A stretch of 63,076 nucleotides of DNA, filler included, from Asterionella formosa (Eukaryota), in assembly GCA_002256025.1 (NCBI GenBank). It is 6 parts of 6 records of this genome, joined end to end, with 100 filler letters (N's around TTAATTAATTAA, not from the genome) between each part and the next. Parts side by side here need not be neighbours in the genome. Positions count along the whole stretch, not along the records: positions 1 to 27,856 come from NKIB01001389.1; positions 27,957 to 55,795 come from NKIB01001395.1; 4 more parts are not named here. One strand, written 5' to 3'. Within the stretch, counting starts at the first letter, position 1. Each line of letters begins with the position of its first letter. This document shows positions 27,845 to 39,931 of this stretch, one piece after another. The position numbers and the translations under genes are program-made. The notes beneath the pieces are model-generated. The model was not told where the DNA came from. It searched no databases and saw only the letters and a program-made list of their open reading frames with translations.

Positions 27845-27856
27845 CAATTTCAAAAT

Positions 27857-27956
27857 NNNNNNNNNNNNNNNNNNNNNNNNNNNNNNNNNNNNNNNNNNNN
27901 TTAATTAATTAANNNNNNNNNNNNNNNNNNNNNNNNNNNNNNNNNNNNNNNNNNNN
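27857..27956. other. Artificial contig linker (N44-TTAATTAATTAA-N44); also at 55796-55895, 57622-57721, 59441-59540, 61259-61358
   Basis: Five identical 100-nt N blocks with a core giving stops in all six frames. Confidence 0.95.
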
Positions 27957-28998
27957 GTACGTAGACGAAATTTCGAAAAGTCAAATGAATTATTTGAAAC
28001 ATCAACTAATTCAGTCTCGCGTTCAAAATTCATTGTGAAAACTTCACATGAAACAGTTAAAACTTCACATGAAACCGTTAAAAGTAATCTTTTTTACGTG
28101 AAGAGTGGCATTAATGCATGTGAAGTACCACATAATTAACACTCATACGTAGACGAAATTTCGAAAAGTGGCGTATTTCGCGGCTTAGATGTGGTCCTGC
28201 TGAAGACTGAAGCACTTGAAGTTTCACTGCATTTACTCCTCGTTCAAAACACTCTAATGCATTTGCCATTTGTACCATAAAAGAGGAATGATGGGACAAA
28301 TTGGATGAGGTGGATGAACATTTTCCTTTCTTCGATGTCAAATCCTTCTTTTATGGCTATTGGTTGTCAATGATGGGTCCAGGAAAAGTGGGATCTGGAG
28401 CAAACATTCCCAAGGGGGCATGATTTCACACAAAAAGCGCCAAGAAAATAAAAACAAGGCCTGCTCGTTCACCTATTTCTAGAGTACTTTGAACATATAT
28501 TTTATCCACCATTCCATTACGAATAATTTTTCAATAGATAGGGCTGCTAGCCGGAGAATTATTGGAGCTTGTGCTTCATGAGAGGCAGTGACCTAAACTT
28601 TGGTTGCAACTATACATGAATGGAGGGAATACATCATTTAGATTACTTCCATCCAACCATGTTTACCACTACACTACATAATACTATACTGAGGAAATTC
28701 TCAATTACCTGACCTTCCACAGACACAAATACCAGTACCGCTATTGGCATGTTTACCAGTATATCTCTTTATGCAAATAGATAAAGTGGAGAAATTTTAT
28801 GGTGATTCAGTGCTATACATGATAGTACATCCATCAGTCAGGAGCAAACACCTAAAGTGCATTATATGCACATGGCATTTCTTATATTCCTCTGACATTC
28901 CATCATTACAAAAGTAGAATAGACACCAATGAAATTCCCTATAATGATAGTACGTAGTACCACCAACCGCGCTCACAATACAAAGTACACACTGGTAA

Positions 28999-30290
28999 CT
29001 ATGACACCATGCTATTCAATTTTGATGCTACCTCATCTAGAACATCTGGTTTCACTTGGTACATGAATGATTCAGTTCCCACAGTTGCATCTTGCAATGC
29101 CACAAATTGAATAAAGGCCTTGCCACCAGCTTTTTTAGTTTGCTTTCTGACAGGCTTGAAATCCATTCCTTTGGAAAGAGATAAATTCAATTGAACTTTC
29201 CCGATGGCATCACGCATTATCATTCGTTTGCTTGCATTTCTTTTGTTGGATTCTACTTTTATATCACCCTGACAATACGACTTCCATCCACCATTGGTTA
29301 CAAGCTTGTAATATTGTGCAGGAAATTGAAAATTCTCGGTCCAGTCCGGGTCAACCAGTATTTCAACTTTGGTGGGCTCCTCTCGTGGCATCATGTCGTC
29401 CTCATTGTCGTCAGACTGATTGTTTGTTGTTGGTGGTGGTGGTGGTGTTACGGCAGGAGGTGCAAATGAAAAGCTGGTTGATTTGCTTTGGATAGCAGTT
29501 CCAAAGGAAATGGTAGCAGGTGAAGATTGCTTCGATCCAAAACTAAAGTTGGCAAATGGTGGCGAAGTAGTTGCGACTGGAACAGTAGTCGAAAGTTTGG
29601 TAGCAACCGATGATTCCTGATGTGATGTTGCATTCAGTAGTGCTGTTGACGACGTGGCAGTACTCGTAGTAGCTGCTGCTGCTATAATGGCTTGCTTGTA
29701 TAGCAAGTAATGGCGAATGGAGTTAAACCAATTCGCCTCTGGGTTCGGTGCTAGATGTGCATCATAATGTGATATCCAATCTCGCTTCAAATTTGCCAAT
29801 AACGAATTTGTCTGGTCATCGGGAGTCACGGCGGATGATGGGTTTGTCAGTAGGGAGGCGAAGGGGTTAGTCGTCATGGCAGTACCAGTAGTAGTAACGG
29901 CTTGCAACTTGACACCAGCAAATGGGTTACCATGTACTGCTGGTGCGGGCGTGGTTGCTTTGTTGCTGTACTTGCTAGGAATGAAAATAGCAGTGTGTGT
30001 CAGAGAGTCATTTACGATGCAGCGAAAACCGTCAATATATATACGGTATTAGTATTACCGGTAGATATAATATTATACGCAGACAACAAAATGCAAGCCT
30101 TTTTATATTTAGTACCTGGTAGTACCTACCTGACCCGAAGGATTCGACGACTCTTCAACAACTCATCTGATGCTTTGGCAAATGGACCTTTTGGCGTAAT
30201 GACATTGCTTCCATCATCATCATCATCATCGTCGTCCTGAGCTTCGTAATCTTCACGCCTCTGTTGGGCATTTTCATTGCCTCGTTTCAT
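28999..30290 (-). CDS. NUP50: Nup50/Nup2-like nucleoporin, ~378 aa; intron 29975-30129 (exon 1 not in the ORF track)
   Basis: Exon 1 gives MKRGNENAQQRREDYEAQDDDDDDD...GPFAKASDELLKSRRILRV (NUP50 N-terminal motif); GT-AG phase-2 splice into NPFAG/NPFAS, FSFG repeats and a C-terminal RanBD-like domain (GDIKV..RMIMRDAIGKVQLN). Confidence 0.82.
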
Positions 30291-30560
30291 GACAATGGCT
30301 CCTTTACTATTCTTAATAATTTATGTCAAACTATAATTTCAAATGTATGCATGTACAGTGCCGGTAGCTGTGGGTTCCAGGTACCTGGTACCAGGTGCGG
30401 TACACTACAGTGATGATCATGGCAAATTTTCATACCCATATTGTCACGTCATTTATTGCTGCTTCGTCTACAATAGGTTATCATTACCTGGTACCGGTTC
30501 CCTAAGATGTGTACTCCACCAGGTACCTGGTACACCCTACCCCTAGTACCTACCTGGTCG
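30110..30560. promoter_or_regulatory. Cluster of palindromic (T)ACCAGGTACCTGGT(A) motifs in and around the divergent NUP50/NSUN promoter
   Basis: ccaggtacctggtaccaggt (30377), acctggtaccggt (30486), accaggtacctggtac (30518); regulatory role is inference. Confidence 0.4.
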
Positions 30561-30749
30561 TCGGAATGACGATGACAATTTACAATGGTACTCCTACTAA
30601 ATCTCTCCTTCTGTCTGTGCTTCCTTCCCCCTCATCGACTTGAGCAACATCATCTCCCTGAATAAAATAAAAACAAAAAAACCATTTATTTTGCTTCCAA
30701 CGTCCATCGACAGCATTTGTCTGTTTCTCATCACTATAACTCCCAAGGG

Positions 30750-32381
30750 ATGACGCCAGCATACAAAGATAACGACTCTTCCGGCGAGGATGATGACGAG
30801 GCGAATAATAAGAAACAAAAGCGACAACAGCGAATCGGGAGCAATCCATTGGCGGATGCTCGGAAGCAACAATCCAAGGCGGACTATTTATGGCATAGAA
30901 AATCAGGAGCTGGCGTTCAGCTATTTGTACAATATTATGCTCAACAACCAATTGGATGTGTTGCTACAGTTGCATCCCATAATAATAATAATAATAATGC
31001 TGACATTGTCAAGGACAAACACAAGCCAACAACGCAAAGTGGCGCGGGCCTTTCTCGTGCTGCCAAGAAACGAAAAAAGAGAAAAGCGTGTGGCACGCTT
31101 GTACAAATCGAACCACTCGACCTTGTGGACCCTGAAAAGAATGGAAATTTAATCTCAGAACAGGAATATGATGTCTCTAACTCCAAACTATTGAAATCAT
31201 GGACACTGGCACCGCCTTGCACAAAGTCGCTGTCCGGATACAACCACTTGAAACCCTATCTGGAAGCATTGTCAAAACCGTTGCCACTAACGTTTCGAAT
31301 TCGAACAGGATGTTCCACTGATGTGGTGGAAACCATTCAACAAGACATTCAAAGGAACTACGGACATTTGGTGAAGCCACACACATTTGAAAATTCCATC
31401 TACCAAGCACTATCGTGTCACCTATCAAAAGCGTCACTGTCCAAAACATCTCTCTCGCTTAAAGAATTCATTGTCAAGAACTCAGCAAACGGAAAATTGG
31501 CACGTCAAGAACTATTATCCATGTTGCCTGTAATTGGACTGGCAAGGGGAGGTTGGCTGAAGGCAAACTCACGAGTTTTGGATATTTGTGCAAGCCCAGG
31601 AAGTAAAGCACTACAAGCCCTGGAGATTGTTGGTAGGAAGGGACGTATTGTGGCCAATGATGTACACCCGACTCGTGTAGAAACATTGAAAGCTGCTGTG
31701 CAACGATCTGGACTTTCTTCCGAACTCAGGGCACGAGTCATTTACACTAATTTCGACGCGGGAGTGTTCCCTACACCCAAAAACAAAAAGCTCTTTGATG
31801 CTGTAATATGCGATGTACCCTGCAGTGGAGACGGAACTATACGCAAAGATAAGCATATATTGCCTCTTTGGACACCAGCTACTGGAAACTCGTTGCATTC
31901 ATTGCAAGTTCGGATATTGATGCGTGCCATTCACCTTGTTCGTGTCGGTGGTGTGGTTTCGTATTCCACTTGCTCTTTGAACCCTATCGAGGACGAGGCA
32001 GTAGTGGCATGCGTGTTGTCGCAGATGAACAAAGCCCATTACTCCAAACAGACAATTATTGAAGAATTTATCCCAGCTGTGGAACTCATTGACTTTCCTG
32101 AACTTTGTGGATTCGTATCTCGTCCTGGTATTCAGGAATGGAATGTTGCCGACTACGTTGGAGAAACAGACAGTGATCAAGACGACGACTCAGTCTGCCT
32201 AAGATGGCACGCAACATACCAAGCAGCATTGGATGCCAATATGGTCAAGGCTGTCTCGAGTATGTGGGCCCCTAGCAAAAAAGATGCAAACCAGTTGCAT
32301 TTGGAACGATGTATTCGACTTTGGCCACAAGATCAAGACACGGGAGGCTTTTTTGTGGCTCTGATACGAAAAAATCATTGA
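30750..32381 (+). CDS. NOL1/NOP2/Sun-family RNA (cytosine-5) methyltransferase, NSUN2/Trm4-like, ~543 aa
   Basis: RQELLSMLP, VLDICASPGSK, ICDVPCSGDGTIRK (motif IV), YSTCSLNPIEDEAVV (motif VI), PQDQDTGGFFVA. Confidence 0.92.
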   Translation: MTPAYKDNDSSGEDDDEANNKKQKRQQRIGSNPLADARKQQSKADYLWHRKSGAGVQLFVQYYAQQPIGCVATVASHNNNNNNADIVKDKHKPTTQSGAGLSRAAKKRKKRKACGTLVQIEPLDLVDPEKNGNLISEQEYDVSNSKLLKSWTLAPPCTKSLSGYNHLKPYLEALSKPLPLTFRIRTGCSTDVVETIQQDIQRNYGHLVKPHTFENSIYQALSCHLSKASLSKTSLSLKEFIVKNSANGKLARQELLSMLPVIGLARGGWLKANSRVLDICASPGSKALQALEIVGRKGRIVANDVHPTRVETLKAAVQRSGLSSELRARVIYTNFDAGVFPTPKNKKLFDAVICDVPCSGDGTIRKDKHILPLWTPATGNSLHSLQVRILMRAIHLVRVGGVVSYSTCSLNPIEDEAVVACVLSQMNKAHYSKQTIIEEFIPAVELIDFPELCGFVSRPGIQEWNVADYVGETDSDQDDDSVCLRWHATYQAALDANMVKAVSSMWAPSKKDANQLHLERCIRLWPQDQDTGGFFVALIRKNH

Positions 32382-32589
32382 TCGTCATATTAAAGAACAT
32401 CACATGGGCCTTTTACATAAGAAAAACATGGGAGAGCATGCTAGTCAAGCTTGTGAAGCTTGTGTTCGAAGTCATGGATTAGCCCGTTACAAGTACAATT
32501 TATGCTCTGTACGGTATATTCTTAAACATTCGTGATGTTTCTCCCTTTGAGAATGTCAATAATCCCGGTAGGTCACTTTATCATGATAC

Positions 32590-33125
32590 TCCGTAGTACC
32601 AGAACACCCGGGTACCTGGTACCAGGTACTAACTGGTTAGACTGTATTTCATTGGAGCTATGTGTACCGGTACCAGGAACCAGGCATTTCGACATGACTG
32701 ATTTGGCTGCAGTCGAATGAGTCGGCGCATCTAAATTGAATACCGGTACCGGTACTGTGTACCTGGTAGCACTCCGAGTATTATTTATTCATGTTCATAC
32801 ATATACCGGTATGTTTATGTACACCGGTAGACTAAGATACCGGTACCAGGTAGTATACTCCGCATCTTCTTTACCGCGATAAAACGAAGTATCGCACTCG
32901 CTCGGTGTCCCTGGTAACAGTACCCAAAAACCTGATGGTACCAGGGGTACCTGGTACACCTAGTGCTCCGGGTACCTGTGGTACTCGGTACTTTGTGCCA
33001 GGTAGTTTCTACCTGGGTGGTAAAAGGAGTTACATCTTCCGATGATAGTCGAATGGTACATACCGTAATCCCGGTAGATGCCATGCTGGTACTATTCCAA
33101 TAATGGGTACCAGGTACTTGGTACT
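32590..33125. repeat. Dense cluster of GGTACC / ACCGGT / CCAGG palindromic motifs
   Basis: gggtacctggtaccaggtac (32610), taccggtaccggtac (32741), accggtaccaggta (32839), tggtaccaggggtacctggtac (32936), ggtaccaggtacttggtac (33106). Confidence 0.75.
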
Positions 33126-33228
33126 TTGGCTTCGCTCTATTGCTTCCTTTTCTCGTCGTTTGTTATCGTCGTCATTTTTATGCTCCATACAGGACCAACA
33201 CCAAGGGCAAATTTTTGTCGAGAGCACC

Positions 33229-34425
33229 ATGATGTTTCTATTCCTCATGGCATGGTCCCTTGCGGCATCAACATTTGTCCTATTCTCCAAGGTTCTCTTA
33301 ATAGGAAGCATCCTGCTGTCGTTTTGCTCTTGGATGGGCTGGATACGGCGCTTTCTGTGGCTGAGCCTGGAACATGCACTGTCACAAGCATTAAATGGAA
33401 CACCCATCACTATTGGATCTCTGGAGGTGGATCTTCTGGGCGGCAAGCTGTTTCTGTCGAACCTTATTATTCACACCCCTTTGAGGCGAGAATGGAGATG
33501 GGAATCGCCATTGATTGCAAGAATTGGCAAGCTGCATTTGGACTTTGACTTTTTGTCGATAATGCAGAGACTATTGCGGAAACAGCAACTTGTTCTGGAC
33601 ATTTACTCTCTCGAGATTTCTGATGTACAAGCATTTGTAGAAAGACATGAACATGTATTCAATTTTTATCTTTTGGATCCGTTGATGGTGCTGCCTGACC
33701 CAAAAGATGTATTGCAACATTGCGCCCTTTCTAAGGAACCTCAACCGACCATCAACAGAGGTGACAACGATTTCGACGAGGTATTTACAGAAGCGGATGT
33801 AGATGAAGAAGACGAGCAGCACGAGCAGAATGCGAAAAATCTGGTAAATAAAATGGTTGAAGCGGTCCAAAACCTTGGTAAAGACGCTAAAAAGGGGGGG
33901 TGGAAAGGAGCGCTAGTCCGACAGCGACATTCACTCAAATCCAAACTCAAAGAACTACAAAGTACTAAAAAGACAGATGCAATGAATGAAGGTGTCCAAG
34001 TCTTGAAGAAAGTCGGAAAAGTAGTTGCCCATAAAACGAAAGCCCTCAATCTTCCCACTCCGAAACGGAGGGCACGAGAGAACGGTCAAGGCATCAAGCC
34101 CTTATTCGTCAGAGTCGGGCGAGTATTGCTTCACGAAGGTCGCATCTTTACTCGGACAGACGAAAATACTTGGAATAAACCGATTGCCATACACCAAGTT
34201 TGGATTCGATCGACGGAACTCTGTCCATCCATGTCGTTGAACGATGAGAATGACAAACCTGCCCTTTATCAACCCATTGACAAGGTAATTGAAGTCGTCC
34301 TTAAACGAGTTTTAGCGGAAATTGCAAAGTCTCAAACTGGCAGATTGTTCAACACGGCTTTGGGAGAAGTCCTGGGACTTATAAAGAGTAGCACTGAAGG
34401 TGCTGGAGGGGTAGAATCATTGTAG
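33229..34425 (+). CDS. Membrane-anchored protein with AsmA/chorein-N-like N-terminal domain, ~398 aa (start could be 33103)
   Basis: Long intact ORF; N-terminal TM segment then LEHALSQALNGTPITIGSLEVDLLGGKLFLSNLIIH...IARIGKLHLDFD...LDIYSLEISDV, an AsmA-N-like pattern; ACC-ATG at 33229. Confidence 0.65.
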   Translation: MMFLFLMAWSLAASTFVLFSKVLLIGSILLSFCSWMGWIRRFLWLSLEHALSQALNGTPITIGSLEVDLLGGKLFLSNLIIHTPLRREWRWESPLIARIGKLHLDFDFLSIMQRLLRKQQLVLDIYSLEISDVQAFVERHEHVFNFYLLDPLMVLPDPKDVLQHCALSKEPQPTINRGDNDFDEVFTEADVDEEDEQHEQNAKNLVNKMVEAVQNLGKDAKKGGWKGALVRQRHSLKSKLKELQSTKKTDAMNEGVQVLKKVGKVVAHKTKALNLPTPKRRARENGQGIKPLFVRVGRVLLHEGRIFTRTDENTWNKPIAIHQVWIRSTELCPSMSLNDENDKPALYQPIDKVIEVVLKRVLAEIAKSQTGRLFNTALGEVLGLIKSSTEGAGGVESL

Positions 34426-35318
34426 AGCGACTTATAAAATGAACTAGATCTTTAATGGCAGGCTACCATTCAGTGAGGATGGACTCGTCTTGTTATATTA
34501 GTACCAGTAAAAATGATCCACAATGCTAAACTCGTCTCGAGTATTCAGCGCATCCGCAAAATACTGCCCATCTCTAGGAAGATTGACGACCCACACTCAG
34601 CTCTACATCTTGTTTGGTTGTTACTGTTATTGTTTTTCAAATAGCTATCATGTGCATCATCGAGCGATTCGCTCCGATTGCATATTTTACTGCTACCTGG
34701 TACCGGTTGCCACGATAGTCTACAGACAATACCTATTATATTAATTTAACGGGTAGTACTGTTCATGTGCTACTGTACGGCATTTGGGAAGCTGGAGTGC
34801 TGGTATGATGCATTCATTGTATTTTATAAACATGCAATATGGATATATGCATGTACTCCGGAGTACGCCGTAGGAGTTATTGGATTACGTACCGGTACAC
34901 GTTTTTTGCTGACTCCAAATTCCTTTCGTAGTACCAGGGTACCAGTTCATGCTCCATCGGCACCACCAGGTACCGGTGCTCCTACATACTCAACAAGCAG
35001 TGACAATAATCCTCACAACGAGCTTCATCCGTCCGTCCGCTGCGCCGTTCCCTCCCTCCAATTTCTTACTCCACGTAATCATATGGTAAAATATTATGAT
35101 GATGGGTCCGAGATCGCTTTCTTGACATCCTCGTCATGCCGTCCATTATTACATGGATGATTTACCATCGTCACTTGGCAATACTGTTTTATTTTTTCTG
35201 GCCCACCGTCGTCATCCTGGATTCTCGCTCTGCTGTGTGTTGCTACTGCAGTGAAAGCGCCTAGATCTCAGCGTTATCTCTACACTTTTGTTTACTTTGA
35301 CGTCTTGCGAACAAAAGC

Positions 35319-38241
35319 ATGAGAACTACGGCGTGGAGCGTGTGCCTCATTTCAATCATGATTCACCTTCGGTCAACTGTCGCCTTTGCTCCACGATCGT
35401 TTGGTCGCATTCGGGTGTCACACTTTTATAGCACTACAGAATCAGCGGCTGCAGCGACGGCTACGGGATATCCATTTGCACTGGTTGAATCCAAGTGGCA
35501 AGCCTACTGGGAGGCGAACGATACGTTCAAGACCCCAGTACGATCGGCAGACAAGGAAAAAAAGTATGTGTTGGATATGTTTCCCTACCCATCTGGGGCT
35601 GGCTTGCATGTGGGGCATCCTGAAGGATACACAGGTGCGAGAACATGCAAACATATTCCTTGATTGTAATTAGATTGTTGTCAATCTTAAGTATCGTTCC
35701 TTTCAGATTTCTCATCTTTTTTCCTCTTCGTATTACACACTAGCCTCCGACGTCATGTCTCGATATTGGCGAATGAAGGGCTTTGATGTGTTGCATCCAA
35801 TCGGTTGGGATTCATTTGGATTACCTGCTGAACAGTATGCTATTCAGACTGGAGCTCAACCCGCAGAGACAACGATCAAGAATATTGCCAACTTTAAGCG
35901 TCAGCTCAAAATGCTAGGCTTTAGTTATGACTGGGAGCGAGAGATAGCAACTACCGACATTGATTACGTCAAGTGGACTCAATGGATATTTCTTCAGGTG
36001 CGTATAGGGAAAATCGGCATCTGACTAATAGTAGTACTTTTTGAGTTGAAACACTAACTGGATTGTTTCATCCTGACTTCTAATAGCTTTTCAAAAAAGG
36101 ATTGGCAAATCAGAGTTCTGTTTCTGTCAATTGGTGCCCAGCCCTTGGAACAGTATTGGCCAATGAGGAAGTCATCAATGGACTATCAGAGCGAGGAGAC
36201 CACCCAGTGGAGCGTTTGCCTTTGCGGCAGTGGGTCTTGAAAATCACTGACTATGCTGATCGTTTAGAGTCTGGTCTGGATGGCCTCGACTGGCCCAGTG
36301 GTACGATGACTGCACAACAACAATGGATCGGGAAGAGTACAGGGTGTAGCATCGATTTTGGAATCGAAGGATTGGAAAATGAGGTAAATAGTCCACAATG
36401 AAGCACTGTTCCTATTTCTGATGCAACGAGGCGCCCTCATTGGCTCAACCATTGTTTTCTTTTTAAATGTACAGAAAATCTCGGTGTTTACTACTCGTGC
36501 AGATACACTCATGGGAGTCACGTATGTTACCCTTGCTCCGGAGCATCCACTTGTATCGACAGTCACCACTGAAGCACAACAAGTAGAAGTGGACACCTAT
36601 GTTCAGCAGACATCGTCTAGATCAGATTTGGACAGGACTTCGGCCAAAGAAAAAACTGGCGTTTGGACAGGAGGATTCGCTATCCATCCACTTTCAGGGA
36701 AGAAAGTTCCCATCTGGGTGGGAGACTATGTCTTGGGATCCTATGGAACTGGAGCCGTCATGGCTGTCCCTGCGCACGACGTTCGCGACTACGAATTTGC
36801 AGTCAAGTATAATTTGGAAATCAAGTGGGTTGTTGACCCCGTCAAAGGAGTTGAAGCATGGAACAAAGATGATGGTGCATTTACTGGCCTCGGTGTAACG
36901 ACCAACAGTGGCGAATTTGATGGATTGAGCACTGCAGCGGCTAAGGAAGCTGTTGCAACCAAACTCACGGAGCTGGGCAAGGGAGGAAGCCAAATCACTT
37001 ACAAGCTTCGCGACTGGGTCTTTTCTCGTCAACGGTATTGGGGAGAGCCAATTCCAATCTACTTTCCTGTAGACTTCCCCGAGGGCGTTGACCCGTCGTC
37101 AGCTGACCCTAAGCTTGATAGCTGTGAACACATTATTCGATTCGATCAAGCCATTCCTGTGGCAGAAGAAGATCTTCCTTTGAAACTCCCTGAAATGGAA
37201 GACTTTCAACCTGGTACAGATCCAGCCGGTTGTCTTGCTAGGGCACGTGACTGGCGATATTTCCAAAAGGATGGCAAATGGTTTGCTCGTGAGACAAACA
37301 CAATGCCTCAATGGGCAGGCAGTTGCTGGTACTATTTCCGATTCATTGACAACAAGAACGGCGAGGCTGCTTTTAGTCCCAAGGCAGATGAAGATTGGAT
37401 GCCAGTCGATTTGTACGTTGGTGGTGCAGAGCATGCTGTCCTTCACTTATTGTATGCTCGTTTCTGGCATCAAGTGCTTTTTGACCTTGGATACACCAAA
37501 CACCCCGAACCTTTCCAAAAGCTGGTCCACCAAGGGATGATTCTTGGAAGTGATGGAGAAAAGATGTCAAAGAGTCGAGGGAATGTAGTGAATCCTGATG
37601 ACATCGTAACTGCGCAAGGGGCAGATGCTCTAAGAATGTACGAGATGTTCATGGGTCCTTTGGAGGCTGTTAAACCATGGCAAACAAGCCAAGTACAGGG
37701 AGTGGTCAGATTCCAGAATAAACTTTATAATGTTGTTCAATCTGCGATCAAAGGTGGCAATACTGAAATGGACACTGAGACAACACGATTGCTACACAAG
37801 ACTATGAAGAAGGTTACTGAGGACATTGAAAATATGGCTTTCAATACCGCCATTTCCGCCATGATGGTCTTAACCAATCATCTCCAGACTCTTAAGGACA
37901 ATGTACCCCGTGAAGCTGTTGAGAAGCTGACTCTCATGGTGTCTCCGTTTGCACCTCATTTGGGAGAAGAGTGCTGGAATTTACTTGGGCATGACACGAC
38001 ACTGGCATATGTTCCATGGATACAATTTGATGAAGCTTTATGCGTGGACGACACTGTAACGATGGGTGTACAAGTAAATGGAAAAGCCCGAGGTGAGATT
38101 GAGATAGCCGTAGATGGAGACCAAGAAACTGCAGTTTCTCTCGCATGGGAGCAAGCCAAAGTTAAGGCACAGCTTGATGGGAAGGAGATCAAGAAAATTA
38201 TTTTTGTCCCTGGGCGCATTCTGAATTTTATTGCCAAATAA
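35319..38241 (+). CDS. leuS: Leucyl-tRNA synthetase, organellar (bacterial-type), ~877 aa; introns 35635-35743, 35998-36086, 36384-36474
   Basis: [57 protein letters not shown]; bipartite presequence with VAFAP motif; three GT-AG introns restore frame. Confidence 0.96.
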
Positions 38242-38284
38242 AACATTGTTTGCTGATTCGTTGTCGCATACTGCTAGTATTATT

Positions 38285-39931
38285 CTATAATTCAGTGACT
38301 AATTTCAAGATGAGAGTTTTGGCATTTTCCTTTTCTGGCCCTTCGCTCGTTGATAAGGCGAAGCTGACAACCGATGACACCAGCGCATCATGTCCTGCCA
38401 TTGGTCGTCGATTTGCTTTTGTTTCAGCCATAACGTAAATCACTCGCATAATATCATTAGACCTCGAGGCTAGCAGGGCAAGGATGTTCATGACGGGTGT
38501 CGTCATCAACTTCTCACTGCGTTCGTCAGAAAGTGTCACTAGTAACTTGGAAATAATTTCAAGATGTTCTTCATCTTTGAGGTCCTTGGAAGCAGTTTCC
38601 AAGCTTGTAAGGAAGGCTTCCGATATGCGGCTTGACAACGTCGGTTGATCAGGTATAGAGAGTAGTGTACGACATGCCACAATTGTGATTTTTGGTTCCG
38701 TTGCAACTTCCACTGCCGTGAGTAATGCTGTTACTAATCTGCTTCGCAGCTCAACTTGCTGAGCCATAAATGCCATGCTCTCTAGGGCATGCACCATGGT
38801 GTCGACATGACTGTTGTCAGCCACAATTACTTCGACGAGGAACTCTAGAAAGCCCTCTTGTTGGCTAAACGTAATAGCTAAACATCGAATCGTTCGCATT
38901 GCTCGCCTTTGACAATCCAAGTCATTATCTTGCAAGACAATGCATTGCAGCGCTTCCATACAGATAGGAATAATGTGAGCATGGGCAGCGGAGTGCGACG
39001 CTAGGTTGCCAAGTGCACTTAGTGCCGATCGCCTTGCTTTTATACTTTGCGACAGCAGCAACAAGTGAATGCTTTCCAAAATCTCATTAGTTTGTGCCAT
39101 GATATTTGCTAGCGGTGGAAAAAGGGCAAAGTTCCACCAAATGGCGGCCACGTACGTGTAGTCACCTGATGTTGTAGTGAGCTGAACCAAGGTTGGAATC
39201 AGCGACGGTGTATTGAACAATAGTTCTCGGTCCTGATTTCGACTTCGAAAGGACAAGTCTTTGAAGCACCCCAATAACTCCCATTTGATAACTACATGAT
39301 CTCTCGTTTGCTGCAATAAAGTTGCCATACTCTCCATGAGCCCATTCGTCACAATCAAGCTGTGCTTGCACGGTTCCAACTTGGCAAAGATCCTCAGCAA
39401 TACAATGACTCGTAACAACACCGTCTCTGCCGATAAATCTGACTGTACCCGAAACAGCACTTGGCCCAACAAGGGCAAAAGTTCCGATTGGCCAATCTCA
39501 CGAAAACTCCGGAGTAATCGATCTTTGGCACACCCAGAGTAGACACATTGCAAGGTCGAAAGGATCATGTCCATCTCCTCCCATTCACCTCGGTATATGT
39601 ATCCCAATTTTAAGCAAAGTGCGTTGGCAGCACCACAATCAACCTCGTAATTGTGCAGCTCACTGTTTTTGTGAGAGAATACGTGTAGGGCTGTTTGAAG
39701 TGCATGGATTCGTTGTGGGCGTGTTACGGCTTGGTTAAGGGCTGTGATGGGATGGATTCGGCTTGAGTCAAATTGGATACAGCGATTTACAAAAGGAATA
39801 ATGTCCAATGGAAAGGTCTCACCATGAACGATCTGTCTCGTTGTTGCAACTGTGCTTTGCAGTTGCTGCTGGTGTGGAATGGAAGCGCCGGCTTGTGGCT
39901 GGTTCAGATTGACTTCCGTCGGGGGATTCAT
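38285..39931 (-). CDS. Armadillo/HEAT-like repeat protein, ~548 aa (start uncertain, ORF open to 40000)
   Basis: Long Leu-rich helical ORF with ARM-like motifs (ARRSALSALGNLAS, CQRRAMRTIRCLA, GCFKDLSFRSRN). Confidence 0.72.
   Translation of the reverse strand: MNPPTEVNLNQPQAGASIPHQQQLQSTVATTRQIVHGETFPLDIIPFVNRCIQFDSSRIHPITALNQAVTRPQRIHALQTALHVFSHKNSELHNYEVDCGAANALCLKLGYIYRGEWEEMDMILSTLQCVYSGCAKDRLLRSFREIGQSELLPLLGQVLFRVQSDLSAETVLLRVIVLLRIFAKLEPCKHSLIVTNGLMESMATLLQQTRDHVVIKWELLGCFKDLSFRSRNQDRELLFNTPSLIPTLVQLTTTSGDYTYVAAIWWNFALFPPLANIMAQTNEILESIHLLLLSQSIKARRSALSALGNLASHSAAHAHIIPICMEALQCIVLQDNDLDCQRRAMRTIRCLAITFSQQEGFLEFLVEVIVADNSHVDTMVHALESMAFMAQQVELRSRLVTALLTAVEVATEPKITIVACRTLLSIPDQPTLSSRISEAFLTSLETASKDLKDEEHLEIISKLLVTLSDERSEKLMTTPVMNILALLASRSNDIMRVIYVMAETKANRRPMAGHDALVSSVVSFALSTSEGPEKENAKTLILKLVTEL

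Noticed and set aside
27857..27956. TTAATTAATTAA repeated five times in the window
   Set aside because: Always centred in 100-nt N blocks; an assembly linker, not biology
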